The notes beneath the pieces were generated by a model. The model was given only the letters and a program-made list of their open reading frames with translations. It made no database searches and had not been told where the DNA came from. From assembly GCA_038245295.1 (NCBI GenBank), contig JBBRSP010000005.1, positions 196,916 through 260,915 on the forward strand: a stretch of 64,000 bases of DNA, given 5' to 3'. The stretch comes from Candidatus Binatia bacterium. Its GTDB lineage: Bacteria; Desulfobacterota; Binatia; HRBIN30. Positions 28,723 to 38,920 of the stretch are shown here, piece after piece. The position numbers were made by a program, and so were the translations under genes. Each line of letters begins with the position of its first letter. The stretch's first letter is position 1.

Positions 28723-30942
28723 ATGCATCGACCACTTTCATGCGCACTCGCGGCAGCGTTGATCATCCTTTGCAGTCGCTCAACTCTGGCGCAGGGTTGC
28801 GTTGGTGATTGCAATGGCGACCACGTCGTCACCATCGACGAGATCGTCCGCGGCGTCGGCATCGCGTTGGATTTGAATCCGCTCACCGATTGCGCGGCGC
28901 TCGACGCCAACCGCGACGACACAATCGATATTGCCGAGATCGTCGCGGCGGTGGGCAATCTCGCCTCCAGCTGCCCGGCGGAGGATCCACGCCTTGTCCG
29001 CACGCAGTCGGGGCTCTTGCGCGGCAACCTCGCGAGTGGGGTGCGCAGCTTTCTCGGCATTCCCTACGCCGCGCCGCCGGTTGCCGATTTGCGCTGGCGC
29101 AACCCGCAGCCGCCGGCCGAGTGGTCCGGCACGCGTAGCGCCAACCAGGCGGGCTCCGTGTGTCCGCAAACCGTGCCGATCATCAACGCCGAGATGGGTG
29201 ACGAGGATTGTCTTTTCTTGAACGTCCAGACGCCCAATCCGCCGCCGGCACAACCTCTGCCGGTGATGGTGTGGATTCACGGCGGTGGTTTCACGTCGGG
29301 CGACGGATTGGAATTTGGTGGCACGGACGGCAGTGACATTGTGCGTCGGAGCGGTGTCATCGTGGTCACGCTGAACTATCGCCTCGGTGCGCTCGGGTTT
29401 CTTGCCCTGCAGGATTTCTCCGCAGACGCTGGTGCCTCCGAGATAACCGGAAATTACGGGCTGCTGGATCAGGTCGCCGCCCTCAAGTGGGTGCGGCGCA
29501 ACATCGGCGCATTCGGCGGTGATCCGCACAACGTCACACTCTTCGGCGAGTCGGCCGGCGGATTCAGTGTTTGCTTCCACCTCGTCTCGCCGCTGAGCGC
29601 CGGCCTCTTCCACAAGGCGATCAGCGAGTCAGGGGTCTGTACACCGACGTCGGCAAACCTCGCCGACGCACGCGAACAAGGGATCCGCTTTGCCAGAGCA
29701 CTCAACTGCGACCTGGGGCACAGTCTTGATCCTGCCGCCTGCTTGCGCGCCAAGCGCGCTGACGAGATTCGCCACACCCTGCCCCCGGATCCGAACTTCG
29801 CCTTCACCCCCGGCGAGTGGGGCACCTGGTCGCCCATCGTCGACGGCACAACGGTCACGGGACAGGTGCCTGACCTGATCGCGGCAGGGCAGTTCAATCG
29901 CGTCCCGGTAATGCTCGGATCAAACCGCGATGAAGGCACTCTCTTCGTGGCGCTGTCGCACGGCCAGGCAGGCATGCCCCTGACGGCCGACCAGTATTCC
30001 GGCGACCGCGGCCTGGGCTACTTTCTGCCCTCGCCGGACCTCGTAGCTGCGACGCAGCAGGAGTACCCGCTGAGCGGCTACGCGACACCTGGCGCAGCGT
30101 TGGCCGCCGCGTTCGGCGACGCGTTTCTCGGCTGTCCGGCGATCGATCTGGCGAGTAAGCTCAGCCCGTTCGTCTCCACCTATCTCTACCAGTTCAACTA
30201 CCCCGATGCGTCTTTCTCGCTGCCGCTCGACGTGCCGCTAGGCGCGTTTCACTCGGCGGATATTCAATTCGTCTTCGGCCGCCGGGCCGGTGGCGTGTTG
30301 AGCGCCGGGGAGCGCCAACTGAGTGACCTGATGATGGGCTACTGGACGCGCTTCGCCCGCACTGGCGACCCCAACGCAGCGACGGCGCCAACGTGGCCCT
30401 TACACGGCGATGCGGCGAACTATCTCGCCATCGATCGCGAAACGGTGGCGGCGCAAGCGCCGAAGGCCGGGCAGTGCGCCTTCTGGCGTGGCGTCGATTA
30501 CTTCCGAACGGAACTCGCCGATCCATGGGCAGAGGCGCGCCGGGTATTGGCGGAGAACCGCGCGAAATGGGCCGCGTCGCACATTTCAGCGTATACGATG
30601 CTGTTCCATCGCGGCTGCTTTTGCCCCGGGCCGGCGGATGTTGAGATCGCCGCGGACGGCCACGGTGGTTTGCAGATCAGGGATGCCCAAAGCGGCGAGC
30701 TGCTCAATTTGAGCGATCCGGCGTCGGCGGGATACTTATCGGTTGAGCAAACGTTCTCGCTGATCGAGCAAGCCATCGACGCCCCCGTCCCCATTTTGGA
30801 CGTCGCCTACGCTCCACTGCTCGGTTACCCCACCAGGATCTTCATTGATCACCAATACCAGGCCGTTGATGACGAAACCGAGATCGAGATCCGGGCTCTG
30901 CTGCCTTTTCCGGCACAGACACCGGTATCCACGGTGAATTGA
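28723..30942 (+). CDS. Secreted type-B carboxylesterase with N-terminal dockerin-like domain and C-terminal DUF6174-like domain
   Basis: FLGIPYAAPP, EDCLFLNV, WIHGGGF, NYRLG, FGESAGG, GAFHSADI; CVGDCNGD tag; C-terminal GCFCP...GYP...DDE. Confidence 0.88.
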   Translation: MHRPLSCALAAALIILCSRSTLAQGCVGDCNGDHVVTIDEIVRGVGIALDLNPLTDCAALDANRDDTIDIAEIVAAVGNLASSCPAEDPRLVRTQSGLLRGNLASGVRSFLGIPYAAPPVADLRWRNPQPPAEWSGTRSANQAGSVCPQTVPIINAEMGDEDCLFLNVQTPNPPPAQPLPVMVWIHGGGFTSGDGLEFGGTDGSDIVRRSGVIVVTLNYRLGALGFLALQDFSADAGASEITGNYGLLDQVAALKWVRRNIGAFGGDPHNVTLFGESAGGFSVCFHLVSPLSAGLFHKAISESGVCTPTSANLADAREQGIRFARALNCDLGHSLDPAACLRAKRADEIRHTLPPDPNFAFTPGEWGTWSPIVDGTTVTGQVPDLIAAGQFNRVPVMLGSNRDEGTLFVALSHGQAGMPLTADQYSGDRGLGYFLPSPDLVAATQQEYPLSGYATPGAALAAAFGDAFLGCPAIDLASKLSPFVSTYLYQFNYPDASFSLPLDVPLGAFHSADIQFVFGRRAGGVLSAGERQLSDLMMGYWTRFARTGDPNAATAPTWPLHGDAANYLAIDRETVAAQAPKAGQCAFWRGVDYFRTELADPWAEARRVLAENRAKWAASHISAYTMLFHRGCFCPGPADVEIAADGHGGLQIRDAQSGELLNLSDPASAGYLSVEQTFSLIEQAIDAPVPILDVAYAPLLGYPTRIFIDHQYQAVDDETEIEIRALLPFPAQTPVSTVN

Positions 30943-30960
30943 CGGCGGGCATTTTGGTGA

Positions 30961-31041
30961 GGTAGGCGCAGGTCTTTAGCCTGCGCCGGATTGTGCACTT
31001 CGGCATAGGCATTTCGCCGCAAGCTAAAGCTTGCGCCTACC
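30961..31041. repeat. GTAG-type REP doublet
   Basis: GGTAGGCGCAGG..TAGCCTGCG and inverted AAGCTTGCGCCTACC between convergent genes; same family at 44049 and 62545. Confidence 0.78.
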
Positions 31042-31086
31042 CCTGACGACCTACCCCTGACGCCCCGCATCGAGGCGGGGAGGGTC

Positions 31087-31770
31087 TCAACTGGGCGTCG
31101 CCGAACCCAACATCCACTCGGCCCAACGCCAATCGTCCGGCGTCGTGATCTTGCGGTTGCCGGCCTCGCCCGGCACGACGTGCACCGCAACGCCGGCGCG
31201 CTCGAGCAGGCTGGCTTCGTCGGTACCGAGGAACTCCTCCGTCCGGGCCGCGTCGATCGCCGCCCGCAGGAGATTCGTCCGCACTACCTGTGGCGTCTGT
31301 GCCAGCCAGATCTGCTGACGATCCACCGTCGCGACGATCTGCTGATCGACGACGCGTTTGAGTGTATCGAAAGCCGGCACCGCCGCGATCGCCGCGCCAT
31401 GTTGCTCGGCGGCGGCGATGCAGGCGCTCACCAGAGCCGGCGAAGCGAAAGGCCGCGCCGCATCGTGCACGGCGACGTAGTCGGCGGACGCCGCGGCGAC
31501 ACCGTTGGCGACGGAGTCCTGGCGTTCAGCGCCGCCATGCACCACACGTATGGCAAGCCCGGGAAGGTGTTGTTGCACGAGCTGGCGCGCCGCTTCGGCA
31601 AAGTCTGCGGCGACCACAAGCAACAGCTCCTCGACGGCGGGCACCGCGGCAAAGGTGAGGAGCGAGTGTGCGAACAGCGGCCGCCCGCCCAACAGGAGGA
31701 ATGCCTTTGGCGTTGGATTCCCGAGGCGGGTGCCACGACCGGCGGCGACGATGACAGCGGAGACAGACAT
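31087..31770 (-). CDS. ispD: 2-C-methyl-D-erythritol 4-phosphate cytidylyltransferase
   Basis: AVIVAAGRGTRLG-PKAF, GGAERQDSV, VHDAARPF, AQTPQ, GTDEASL, NRKITTPDD. Confidence 0.93.
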   Translation of the reverse strand: MSVSAVIVAAGRGTRLGNPTPKAFLLLGGRPLFAHSLLTFAAVPAVEELLLVVAADFAEAARQLVQQHLPGLAIRVVHGGAERQDSVANGVAAASADYVAVHDAARPFASPALVSACIAAAEQHGAAIAAVPAFDTLKRVVDQQIVATVDRQQIWLAQTPQVVRTNLLRAAIDAARTEEFLGTDEASLLERAGVAVHVVPGEAGNRKITTPDDWRWAEWMLGSATPS

Positions 31771-31809
31771 GCGGTGGATCTCGCGACGCGACACTGACGA
31801 AGCGCGCTG

Positions 31810-31850
31810 AAAAAAGAAAGGGCCACAAGCTCACCGCCTGCAGCCCTTCT
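31810..31850 (-). terminator. Rho-independent terminator after carD
   Basis: Minus strand AAGGGCTGCAGGC-GGTGA-GCTTGTGGCCCTT stem (with G-U pairs) followed by TCTTTTTT. Confidence 0.65.
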
Positions 31851-31868
31851 AAACCCAAACGGGTCTTT

Positions 31869-32351
31869 TTACTGGGCGAAGATATCGCTCAGTTCGGCAA
31901 TGATTTTTTCTTCTGGGTGCGCGCGGGCAATCGAGAGCTCTTTGACCAAGAGGTTGCGGGCCGTGTCGAGCATCTTACGCTCACCAAACGAGAGCTCCTT
32001 GTCTCCCTTGAGCACAAACAGATCGCGCAGCACCGTGGCAATCTCGAGCACCGAGCCGGTTTTGATCTTCTCGGTGTACTCTCGATAGCGACGATTCCAG
32101 GTTTGCTGGTCGATCTCGACACGACGTTCACGGAGTATCTTGTAGACCTTGGTCACCATGTCTTTGCCGATGACTCGGCGCAGCCCGACCGAAGCGACAT
32201 TCTCGGTCGGGATCATGATGGTCATGTCATTTTCGAGGATCCGCAGCATATAAAAGGTCTTCTCGCTTCCCGAGATGGCCCTCAACTGAATGCTTTGGAT
32301 AACTCCTACTCCGTGGGCCGGGTAAACAACTTTTTCCCCGACCTTGAACAT
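31869..32351 (-). CDS. carD: CarD/CdnL family RNA polymerase-binding regulator
   Basis: MFKVGEKVVYPAHGVG, TWNRRYRE, LSFGERKMLDTA; typical position upstream of ispD. Confidence 0.93.
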   Translation of the reverse strand: MFKVGEKVVYPAHGVGVIQSIQLRAISGSEKTFYMLRILENDMTIMIPTENVASVGLRRVIGKDMVTKVYKILRERRVEIDQQTWNRRYREYTEKIKTGSVLEIATVLRDLFVLKGDKELSFGERKMLDTARNLLVKELSIARAHPEEKIIAELSDIFAQ

Positions 32352-32623
32352 CCCCTTGGGCGCACGTTCGCTCTTGGGCGGACGATCACCCGTGGTTCTA
32401 GGTGTAGGCACAAATCTAATGATACCGCTGGAGATGCAGGCTCGCAACGGATACATGCCAAAAAGTCCGATTACAAGCCCCCAAAGTTTCGATAAGGCCA
32501 TCGCTTATCGCCATCAGCGGCACCCCCGTCGGGCCCCACCTCTCCCACACAAACCTTTATTTGTTGGCGAGTTGCCCACTTCCGTACTATAGGCCGCGCA
32601 TCACGCGTCGGCGGTTTGGTGGT

Positions 32624-34948
32624 GTGATCAAAAATTATATTCGTTTCGTGGTGCGACACCGGGTCGCGGTGCTGATTGGGGTCCTGATCGCCACCATCGG
32701 CCTCGCCAGCCAGCTGCGTCACCTGCACCTGGAGATCCGCCGCCGCACCAACCTGCCGAGCGGCCACCCCTACGTCCAGATCCAGAATCGTATCACCGAC
32801 CTCTTCGGCGGCGAGGCCATTGCGGTCATCGGCATTGTCGCCACCCAGGGCGATATCTTCACCCCCGCCATTCTCGCCAAAATCGATCGCATCACGCGCG
32901 GTCTGCGCGCCATCCACGGCATCGTCGAGAGCAACCTCTTCAGCCTGGCCTCCCCCTACGTGAAGGCCGTCAGCGGCGGCGACGACGACGTCATGGATGT
33001 CCATCCGCTCATGGAAACGCCGCCCCACACGGAGGCCGAAGCGGCGACGCTACGCGCTACGGTGAAAGCCGACCGCATGCTCAATGGCAGTCTGGTGTCG
33101 ACCGACGGCAGCGCCACGGCGATCATCGTCGAATTCGACGACTCGCTGACCGACGCCGTCATCGCCCAACGGATCAACGCCATCGTCGAACCGGAACGCG
33201 ACGCGACGGTGACGATCGCTCTTGCCGGTGCCCCGATCCTGCGCTCCTGGCTCGCCAAGTACACGGCGATGATCGGTATCCTGCTACCGATCGCCATCCT
33301 GGTCATCGGCATCGTTCACTTCGAAGCCTTCCGCACCTGGCAAGGTATGGTGCTGCCGCTCGTCACCGCCGTCCTCAGCGTCGTCTGGGCCTTGGGCATC
33401 ATGGGAATGAGCGGCTACCCGATGGACACCTGGAGCGCCATCACGCCGGTGGTCATCCTCGCCGTCGCCGCCGGACACGCCGTGCAGATCCTCAAACGGT
33501 ACTACGAAGAATACGCCATCGTGCACGATTCGAGCGAGGCTGTGGTGCGCTCGATCGTCGCCGTCGGCCCGGTGATGCTAACAGCCGGGGTCATTGCTTC
33601 GGCGGGCTTCGCTTCATTGATGACATTCAGCATCACCAGTGTACGCGTCTTCGGTCTCGTGCTCTCGTCAGGAATCCTGAGCGCCCTGGTGATCGAGATG
33701 ACCTTCACACCGGCCTGCCGCAGCTTGCTGCGCCCGCCGGGAGGCCGCGAGCTCGAGCGTGAGGCACAAGTCGGTTGGTTGGATCGCGTCCTCGAACGCC
33801 TCGCCGCCTTCGTCGTGGCGCGACCGCGGGCGGTGCTCGCCGCAGCGACGGTGATGCTCGCCATCGCCGTCACCGGTGCGTGGCGCATCCGCGTCGACAA
33901 CAGCTTCCGCTTTTGGTTCGCACCTTCGACGCAGCTGCGTATCGACGACGCGTTGCTCAACGAAAAGCTTCCCGGAACAGCCTCCTTGCGCCTGCTGATC
34001 GACGGCCAGGCGGAGGGTGTGCTGCAAAGGCCAGAGGTGTTGCGCGCCGTCAGCGACCTCGAAGACTTTCTGCGCCGGCAACCGGGTATCGGCGGCGTCC
34101 TGTCGATCGCCGCCAACGTCAAACGCATGCACCAGGCGATGCATCACAACGATCCAGCCTTCTACGTGATCCCCGACAACGAGCGCCTCATCGCGCAGTA
34201 TCTCCTGCTGTATGGGATGTCGGCCGGGCCCGACGGTTTGAGCGCCGTCGTCGACGCGTCGCTGCAGCACGGTGTTGTGCGCGCCCTTAGCAAGGACGAT
34301 AGCGCGACATTCTCACGCGAGCTGCTGGCGCGCATACAGCAATTCGTCGACGAACGCTTTGCCGGCCTACCGGCAACCATCGGCGTTGCCGGCGGAACAC
34401 TCGGCGTGCAGACGGCGATGAACGACATCGTCGTCAGCGAAAAAATTCGCAACGTCGTTCAGGTCAGTCTGATCATCTTCGTCTTGTCGGCAATCGTGTT
34501 CCGTTCGGTTGTCGGTGGGCTGATGGTGCTCGTGCCGCTCGGCCTGGCGTTGGTCGTCTGCCTGGCGCTGATGGGCTGGACCTCGACGTGGCTCGACATG
34601 ACAACGGCGGCGTTTACGGCGATGGGCATCAGCATCGGCGCCGACTTCGCCATCTACCTGCTGTTCCGCACGCGCGAGGAAATGGCGTCAGGCTCTCCGA
34701 TCGAGGCAGCGGTGCGACTCGCTCTGCGATCCTCCGGCAAGGCAATCTTCTTCGTCTCGTCGGCCGTAACGCTTGGCTATCTCGTGCTGCCGCTGTCGGG
34801 CTTCAGCTTATGGATCCGTCTCGGTGTGCTCACCGCCGTGATCGTTGCCGTCAGCGCCGCGGCGTCGCTCACAGTCATCCCGGCACTGGTGCTGACGTTC
34901 CGTCCGCGCTTCCTCGAGCCACGACAAGGCAGGGCACGTGCGGCCTAG
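32624..34948 (+). CDS. MMPL/RND family transporter
   Basis: Two repeats of 1 TM, a periplasmic loop and 5 TMs; GISIGADFAIY; GTG start assumed. Confidence 0.88.
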   Translation: MIKNYIRFVVRHRVAVLIGVLIATIGLASQLRHLHLEIRRRTNLPSGHPYVQIQNRITDLFGGEAIAVIGIVATQGDIFTPAILAKIDRITRGLRAIHGIVESNLFSLASPYVKAVSGGDDDVMDVHPLMETPPHTEAEAATLRATVKADRMLNGSLVSTDGSATAIIVEFDDSLTDAVIAQRINAIVEPERDATVTIALAGAPILRSWLAKYTAMIGILLPIAILVIGIVHFEAFRTWQGMVLPLVTAVLSVVWALGIMGMSGYPMDTWSAITPVVILAVAAGHAVQILKRYYEEYAIVHDSSEAVVRSIVAVGPVMLTAGVIASAGFASLMTFSITSVRVFGLVLSSGILSALVIEMTFTPACRSLLRPPGGRELEREAQVGWLDRVLERLAAFVVARPRAVLAAATVMLAIAVTGAWRIRVDNSFRFWFAPSTQLRIDDALLNEKLPGTASLRLLIDGQAEGVLQRPEVLRAVSDLEDFLRRQPGIGGVLSIAANVKRMHQAMHHNDPAFYVIPDNERLIAQYLLLYGMSAGPDGLSAVVDASLQHGVVRALSKDDSATFSRELLARIQQFVDERFAGLPATIGVAGGTLGVQTAMNDIVVSEKIRNVVQVSLIIFVLSAIVFRSVVGGLMVLVPLGLALVVCLALMGWTSTWLDMTTAAFTAMGISIGADFAIYLLFRTREEMASGSPIEAAVRLALRSSGKAIFFVSSAVTLGYLVLPLSGFSLWIRLGVLTAVIVAVSAAASLTVIPALVLTFRPRFLEPRQGRARAA

Positions 34949-35050
34949 CGGTCTGCATGCCCCGTCGAAGGGCGCCCTGACCTGACGGGCGCTACTCAGG
35001 GCAGGCTTGTGATAGCGGGAAAAGTTCCGCACGATCTGCTCCACGTACGA

Positions 35051-35348
35051 ACACAGCCCGGCCGTTGGCCGGAACCAACTCAGGCCAACCAGCCCTACTT
35101 CTGTCATTCCGACGAAAGCCGGAATCTCCCCAGCCTTCCGCAGTTTCCAATCGAGGAGATCCCGGCTTTTCGAGACTGTCGTAAAACCAAAGTGGAGCAA
35201 CGTCATCCCGGTGAAAACCGGGATCTCCCCCTGCTGGAAGCCTCGAAAGCTGGTGAGATACCGGCTTTCGCCCGTATGACGGCTAGGTCTGCACGGTTTC
35301 AAATATGGTTTCCGGGTAAATCGACACACCCTTTTCGCCGAGATGACA
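35051..35348 (+). repeat. Host REP-doublet repeat (element C), second hairpin interrupted by a MITE
   Basis: Same leader and REP doublet as 17404. Confidence 0.8.
35172..35331 (-). mobile_element. 160-bp MITE subfamily B with 5-bp loop duplication (TTTTC)
   Basis: CCGGC-TTTTC-[GAGACTGTCGTAAAACC...ATCGACACACCC]-TTTTC-GCCGA. Confidence 0.87.
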
Positions 35349-35688
35349 GGTCAGGGTTGGCCAGCCATCTGTGTTCATCCCATTTACCTGTGGGATTACC
35401 CGCCCCGCGCCATCCGGGGCAATCGGAAGGTCGTCGTGAGAAGTGGGGGCCGTGAGGGCCATCCTTCGCGCCGAGCGCTCCGGGCGGGAGCCATGCCGAC
35501 TCCGTTCACGAAGCTGATCTGCGCAGACCGCGGCATTCCTAATCGAGGCGAATCGTCGCCGCGGCCTTACGCAGCATCGAGAATTCATAGCCGAAGGCAT
35601 CCGAGGCGCGGCTGCGCATGACCATTCCTAAATTTCGGCACAGTCGTTGCACTCGAAGGGTGCAAGGCAGAAGGAGGGTTGGGGTAAT

Positions 35689-36747
35689 ATGGATGAGCTT
35701 CGCCGCGGCCCGAGCGCACCGCCAACCGGCGCCGGCCTGCACCTCGACCTGGTGGCCGGGATGTTCAGCGAAGTCGTGCAGTACCTCGGCTATCCAGCAT
35801 CCAACACGCTGGGCGATCTCGGCGTTTACGTCGGACGCCCGGTGAAACAACTGTTCCCGGCCCCGAAGCGGGTTCCCGAGATGATCGTCAGCCGGCGCTG
35901 GCGGCTACCCGGCCTGATCAGCGAGGACATCGAGTTTCGCTCCTTGCACGTGCCGCTCGAGCCAAAGTTTCGACGACGCTACCTCGAGCAAGACAGCGAA
36001 ACACACACAGTGTACGCGCGTCGCATCCGGCCTGCCGCGGCGCGTCGGCGTCCGCGTCTTCTCTACCTCCACGGCTATATGCAACCAGAGACATATCTCG
36101 AGGAGTTCACGCTACTGGTGACAATGGCGCTACGGCTCAATCTCGAAATCATCCAGATGCAGGTCCCCTACCATGGACGTCGCACCCCGGGGAGATCGCG
36201 CTTCAGTGGCGAGCTCTACTGGACGGCCGACGTGGTGCGCAGCTTCGAGGCCCTGCGACAGACACTGCTCGACGCGCGCACGCTCCTGAGTTGCTTGCTC
36301 GCGGAGGATGACCGACCCGTCGGCGTGTCGGGGCTGAGCCTGGGCGGCGCGTTGACCTTGTGCCTCACCTGCCTCGATGAACGCTTCGCCTTCTCCATAC
36401 CGCTGATCGCCCACATGGATCTGGCAGCCCTGGTGACCGACGCGCCCGTGCTCGGGCGGATGCGACGCGACCTTCGATCGTTTGGCTGGGGCCCCGAGGA
36501 CTTCGGTAGATTCGTCTCCGCTGTCGGCTTACACGAGCTGCGCCCCAAGTTACCCGCCGAGCGGATCCTCCTGATCGCCGCTTCCGATGACCGCTTCTTC
36601 GATCCGCGCGTAGTCGAGCAGATGTGGAAGCGCTGGGGTGAACCGGAGATCCGCTGGTACCCCGGCAGTCACATGGGCTTCCTCGTGCGCCTGCCGGAGG
36701 CGCTGAGCGCGATGCGAGAGTTCATCGACCGACACGCGGCCGAGTGA
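35689..36747 (+). CDS. Alpha/beta hydrolase
   Basis: YLHGY, PYHGRR, GLSLGG nucleophile elbow, DDRF, GSHMG. Confidence 0.85.
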   Translation: MDELRRGPSAPPTGAGLHLDLVAGMFSEVVQYLGYPASNTLGDLGVYVGRPVKQLFPAPKRVPEMIVSRRWRLPGLISEDIEFRSLHVPLEPKFRRRYLEQDSETHTVYARRIRPAAARRRPRLLYLHGYMQPETYLEEFTLLVTMALRLNLEIIQMQVPYHGRRTPGRSRFSGELYWTADVVRSFEALRQTLLDARTLLSCLLAEDDRPVGVSGLSLGGALTLCLTCLDERFAFSIPLIAHMDLAALVTDAPVLGRMRRDLRSFGWGPEDFGRFVSAVGLHELRPKLPAERILLIAASDDRFFDPRVVEQMWKRWGEPEIRWYPGSHMGFLVRLPEALSAMREFIDRHAAE

Positions 36748-36867
36748 ACCGGCCAAACTGCCGGACCGGGGGCGCGGCTATCACACCCGCGAGAACCGCG
36801 GGTAAGCGCCCGCCCAACCCTCCGGAAGGTAGTTATCCGCCTGGCGGCTGTTTCAGGTCTGGCCCCG

Positions 36868-38567
36868 TTAGTAAACCTGTGTCGCTCCGCGCCGCACTGC
36901 CACCTTGCCGGAACCGGTCTCGACTAGCACAACCGCGGTATCTAGCTGGATGCCCGCGGCAACGTCGCTCCGGATTCGTACCTTCACCTTCAACGCACCA
37001 CTGCCGACACCTGGGTTGAGCCACACCAGGCGTCCGCCCTGCTGGACCGTCACTGCGGCTTGGTACAGACCGGGACGCACATAGGTATGCGACGGCGTCG
37101 CACCGAGACCGCTGCCACCGTCGCCAAAATCCCATGTAAACTGGAGCGTATCACCATCCGGGTCGGAGCTCGCCGACGCATCGAAGCTGAGCGGCCGGTT
37201 CACCCGGGCGGCCTGGTTCGCCGCACCGGCGCTCGCCGTCGGCGGATGATCTACGGCGATCTTGTCGCTCTCGACGGCGCCGATATCGGGCCGGGCGCCG
37301 CGCGTGCGACCGAAGAAATCGTCTACTGGTGCGCGTGCCGGGTCGGCGCGATTCACCGCTGGACTGAGTGCCTCGGGCGTCAGATCGCCAGCAGCGGATC
37401 GACGCTAAGCGTGCCTGCGCCTTGGCCAAGATATTTGGTCCACGTCCCATCGTTGACCTGCTGTCCGTCGAACGGCGTGCGTTGTGGGTTGATCAGGATC
37501 AACGTGTTGAATTGGTCACCGCGCCAGAAGATGTTGTGGCCCTCACTGAGATCGACCACCTGATTGACATCCAGCGCACGCGCGTCGGTAACAACAATTG
37601 TATTAAACAGGTTCGCGGCATAGGCGGTTGCCGGAGCGGTTGGTGCGGCAACGATTATCGGGAAGACGTTACCGATCAGCGTACAGTTAACGATCGACTA
37701 CTGCGTATCGTTACGGAAGGCGGTGGTCTCGATCCCCGTCCGGTTGCCACTGACGATGCAATTGGTCAGTGTGCTTGTATCGCGTAGCTTGAATCCGGCG
37801 CAGGCATTGCGGCTCTCGACACGGTCGAAGACGAGATTGCTGCCGAACATGTCGAAATCGTCTTCCGAGTTGTTGTAGGACCGCACGCGCTCGAAGGTCA
37901 CATTGAACACCTCGGCGCTGTCACTCACGAAGCCGTCCGACTCGCCGCTGCAGCCAAGCCCATCGGTTTGATTGAAGCTTGCGGTATCGGTGACTGTCAC
38001 GTCGTGCGTGGCGCCGGTGATACGCAAACCGGCGCGATGGTTGTCGTGCTGCTGACACTGGCTCACGGCGATTTGACTCACGCCGTTCAGGGTCATGCCG
38101 ACCCGGTTCTGCGACAGGTCACACGCATCGACACTGACGTCGTGTGCCCCGACGCGCAGCGATACGGCGACGCCGTAACCATGCGCCACGATACCGCTCA
38201 GATGAATGTACGAGCTGCTACCGCCGACGGTGATGCCTTCGGGGTTCTGCGTTGCGTCTACACTTTCGAACACGGCGCCCGGCTCGCCGCGAAACGTGAT
38301 TGCTGCGGTGCTCGTGCCGGCGCGGCTAATGAAGACCCGCTGGCGATAGGTTCCGGGGCCGATGCTGACGACGTCTCCGGGATTCACCACATCGGCGGCC
38401 CGCTGTACGGTCGCCCACGGCGCCGGCGCGGTTCCTGCCGCCGTATCGCTGCCGCCGGCGGCAACGAAGTATTCGCGCGCCGCCACGCGGCCAACCATGC
38501 ACAGGCTGATGATGATGATTCCCAGCCCTTGCTGGCAGGACGTTGGCACGCGTCGTTTGTGAAGCAT
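36868..38567 (-). pseudogene. Disrupted secreted right-handed beta-helix (DUF1565-like) plus PKD-domain protein
   Basis: YFVAAGGSD...PWATVQRAA..GDVV.I.PGTY; in-frame TAG at 37698-37700 after which the frame stays open (SIVNCTLIGN...SVDPLL); frameshift near 37387 into LTPEALSPAVN..PDIGAVE; PKD FDASASSDPDG..WDFGDG. Confidence 0.78.
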
Positions 38568-38689
38568 AGATTATCCCATACACGGACTGGGAAATCCGGG
38601 AACGGCCAATCGCAGTTCGTTGAAATGGTCGGGGCTTCGAAGTTCCCATCTTGGAGCCCTTGTCCGACAAGAGCCCCAGAAAGGGTTCT

Positions 38690-38793
38690 GGCACAGCCGT
38701 CGGAACGTCGCTCGGCAGGCCAAGGTGACGCGGGAGCTTCTCAATGACGGCGCGGTGCTCGATCGTCGCGAGACATCGCAAGCGGCCGCCGCA
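38690..38793 (-). mobile_element. Remnant of IS91-family transposase C-terminus
   Basis: Translates CGGRLRCLATIEHRAVIEKLPRHLGLP, resembling the C..CGG.M...A.I.D..VI..IL.HLGLP tail of IS91-type transposases. Confidence 0.55.
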
Positions 38794-38920
38794 GTCGGCC
38801 ATGCGCCCGGAAGCGGGATGCAAGAGGCAAGGATGCCCCCACAAGTGCTCCCCATTATGCTTCCGCGCAGCGATCGACGTTCCTTACGAATGCGGCAGTC
38901 GGCGCTTCAGAACTCAAAGC

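Noticed and set aside
17404..35348. Repeat clusters as a CRISPR array
   Set aside because: The repeats are inverted and nested, have no regular unique spacers, and no cas genes are present.
10885..35455. Mutually similar short ORFs (10885..11124, 17281..17739, 17308..17649, 28113..28679, 28290..28541, 34808..35329, 35009..35455) with RHTGESR / IPAFAGMT
   Set aside because: They are translations of the palindromic REP/MITE DNA, not a protein family.
37698..37700. In-frame TAG as pyrrolysine or readthrough
   Set aside because: The same gene also has a frameshift about 310 bp downstream and no pyl genes are visible; a pseudogene is simpler.
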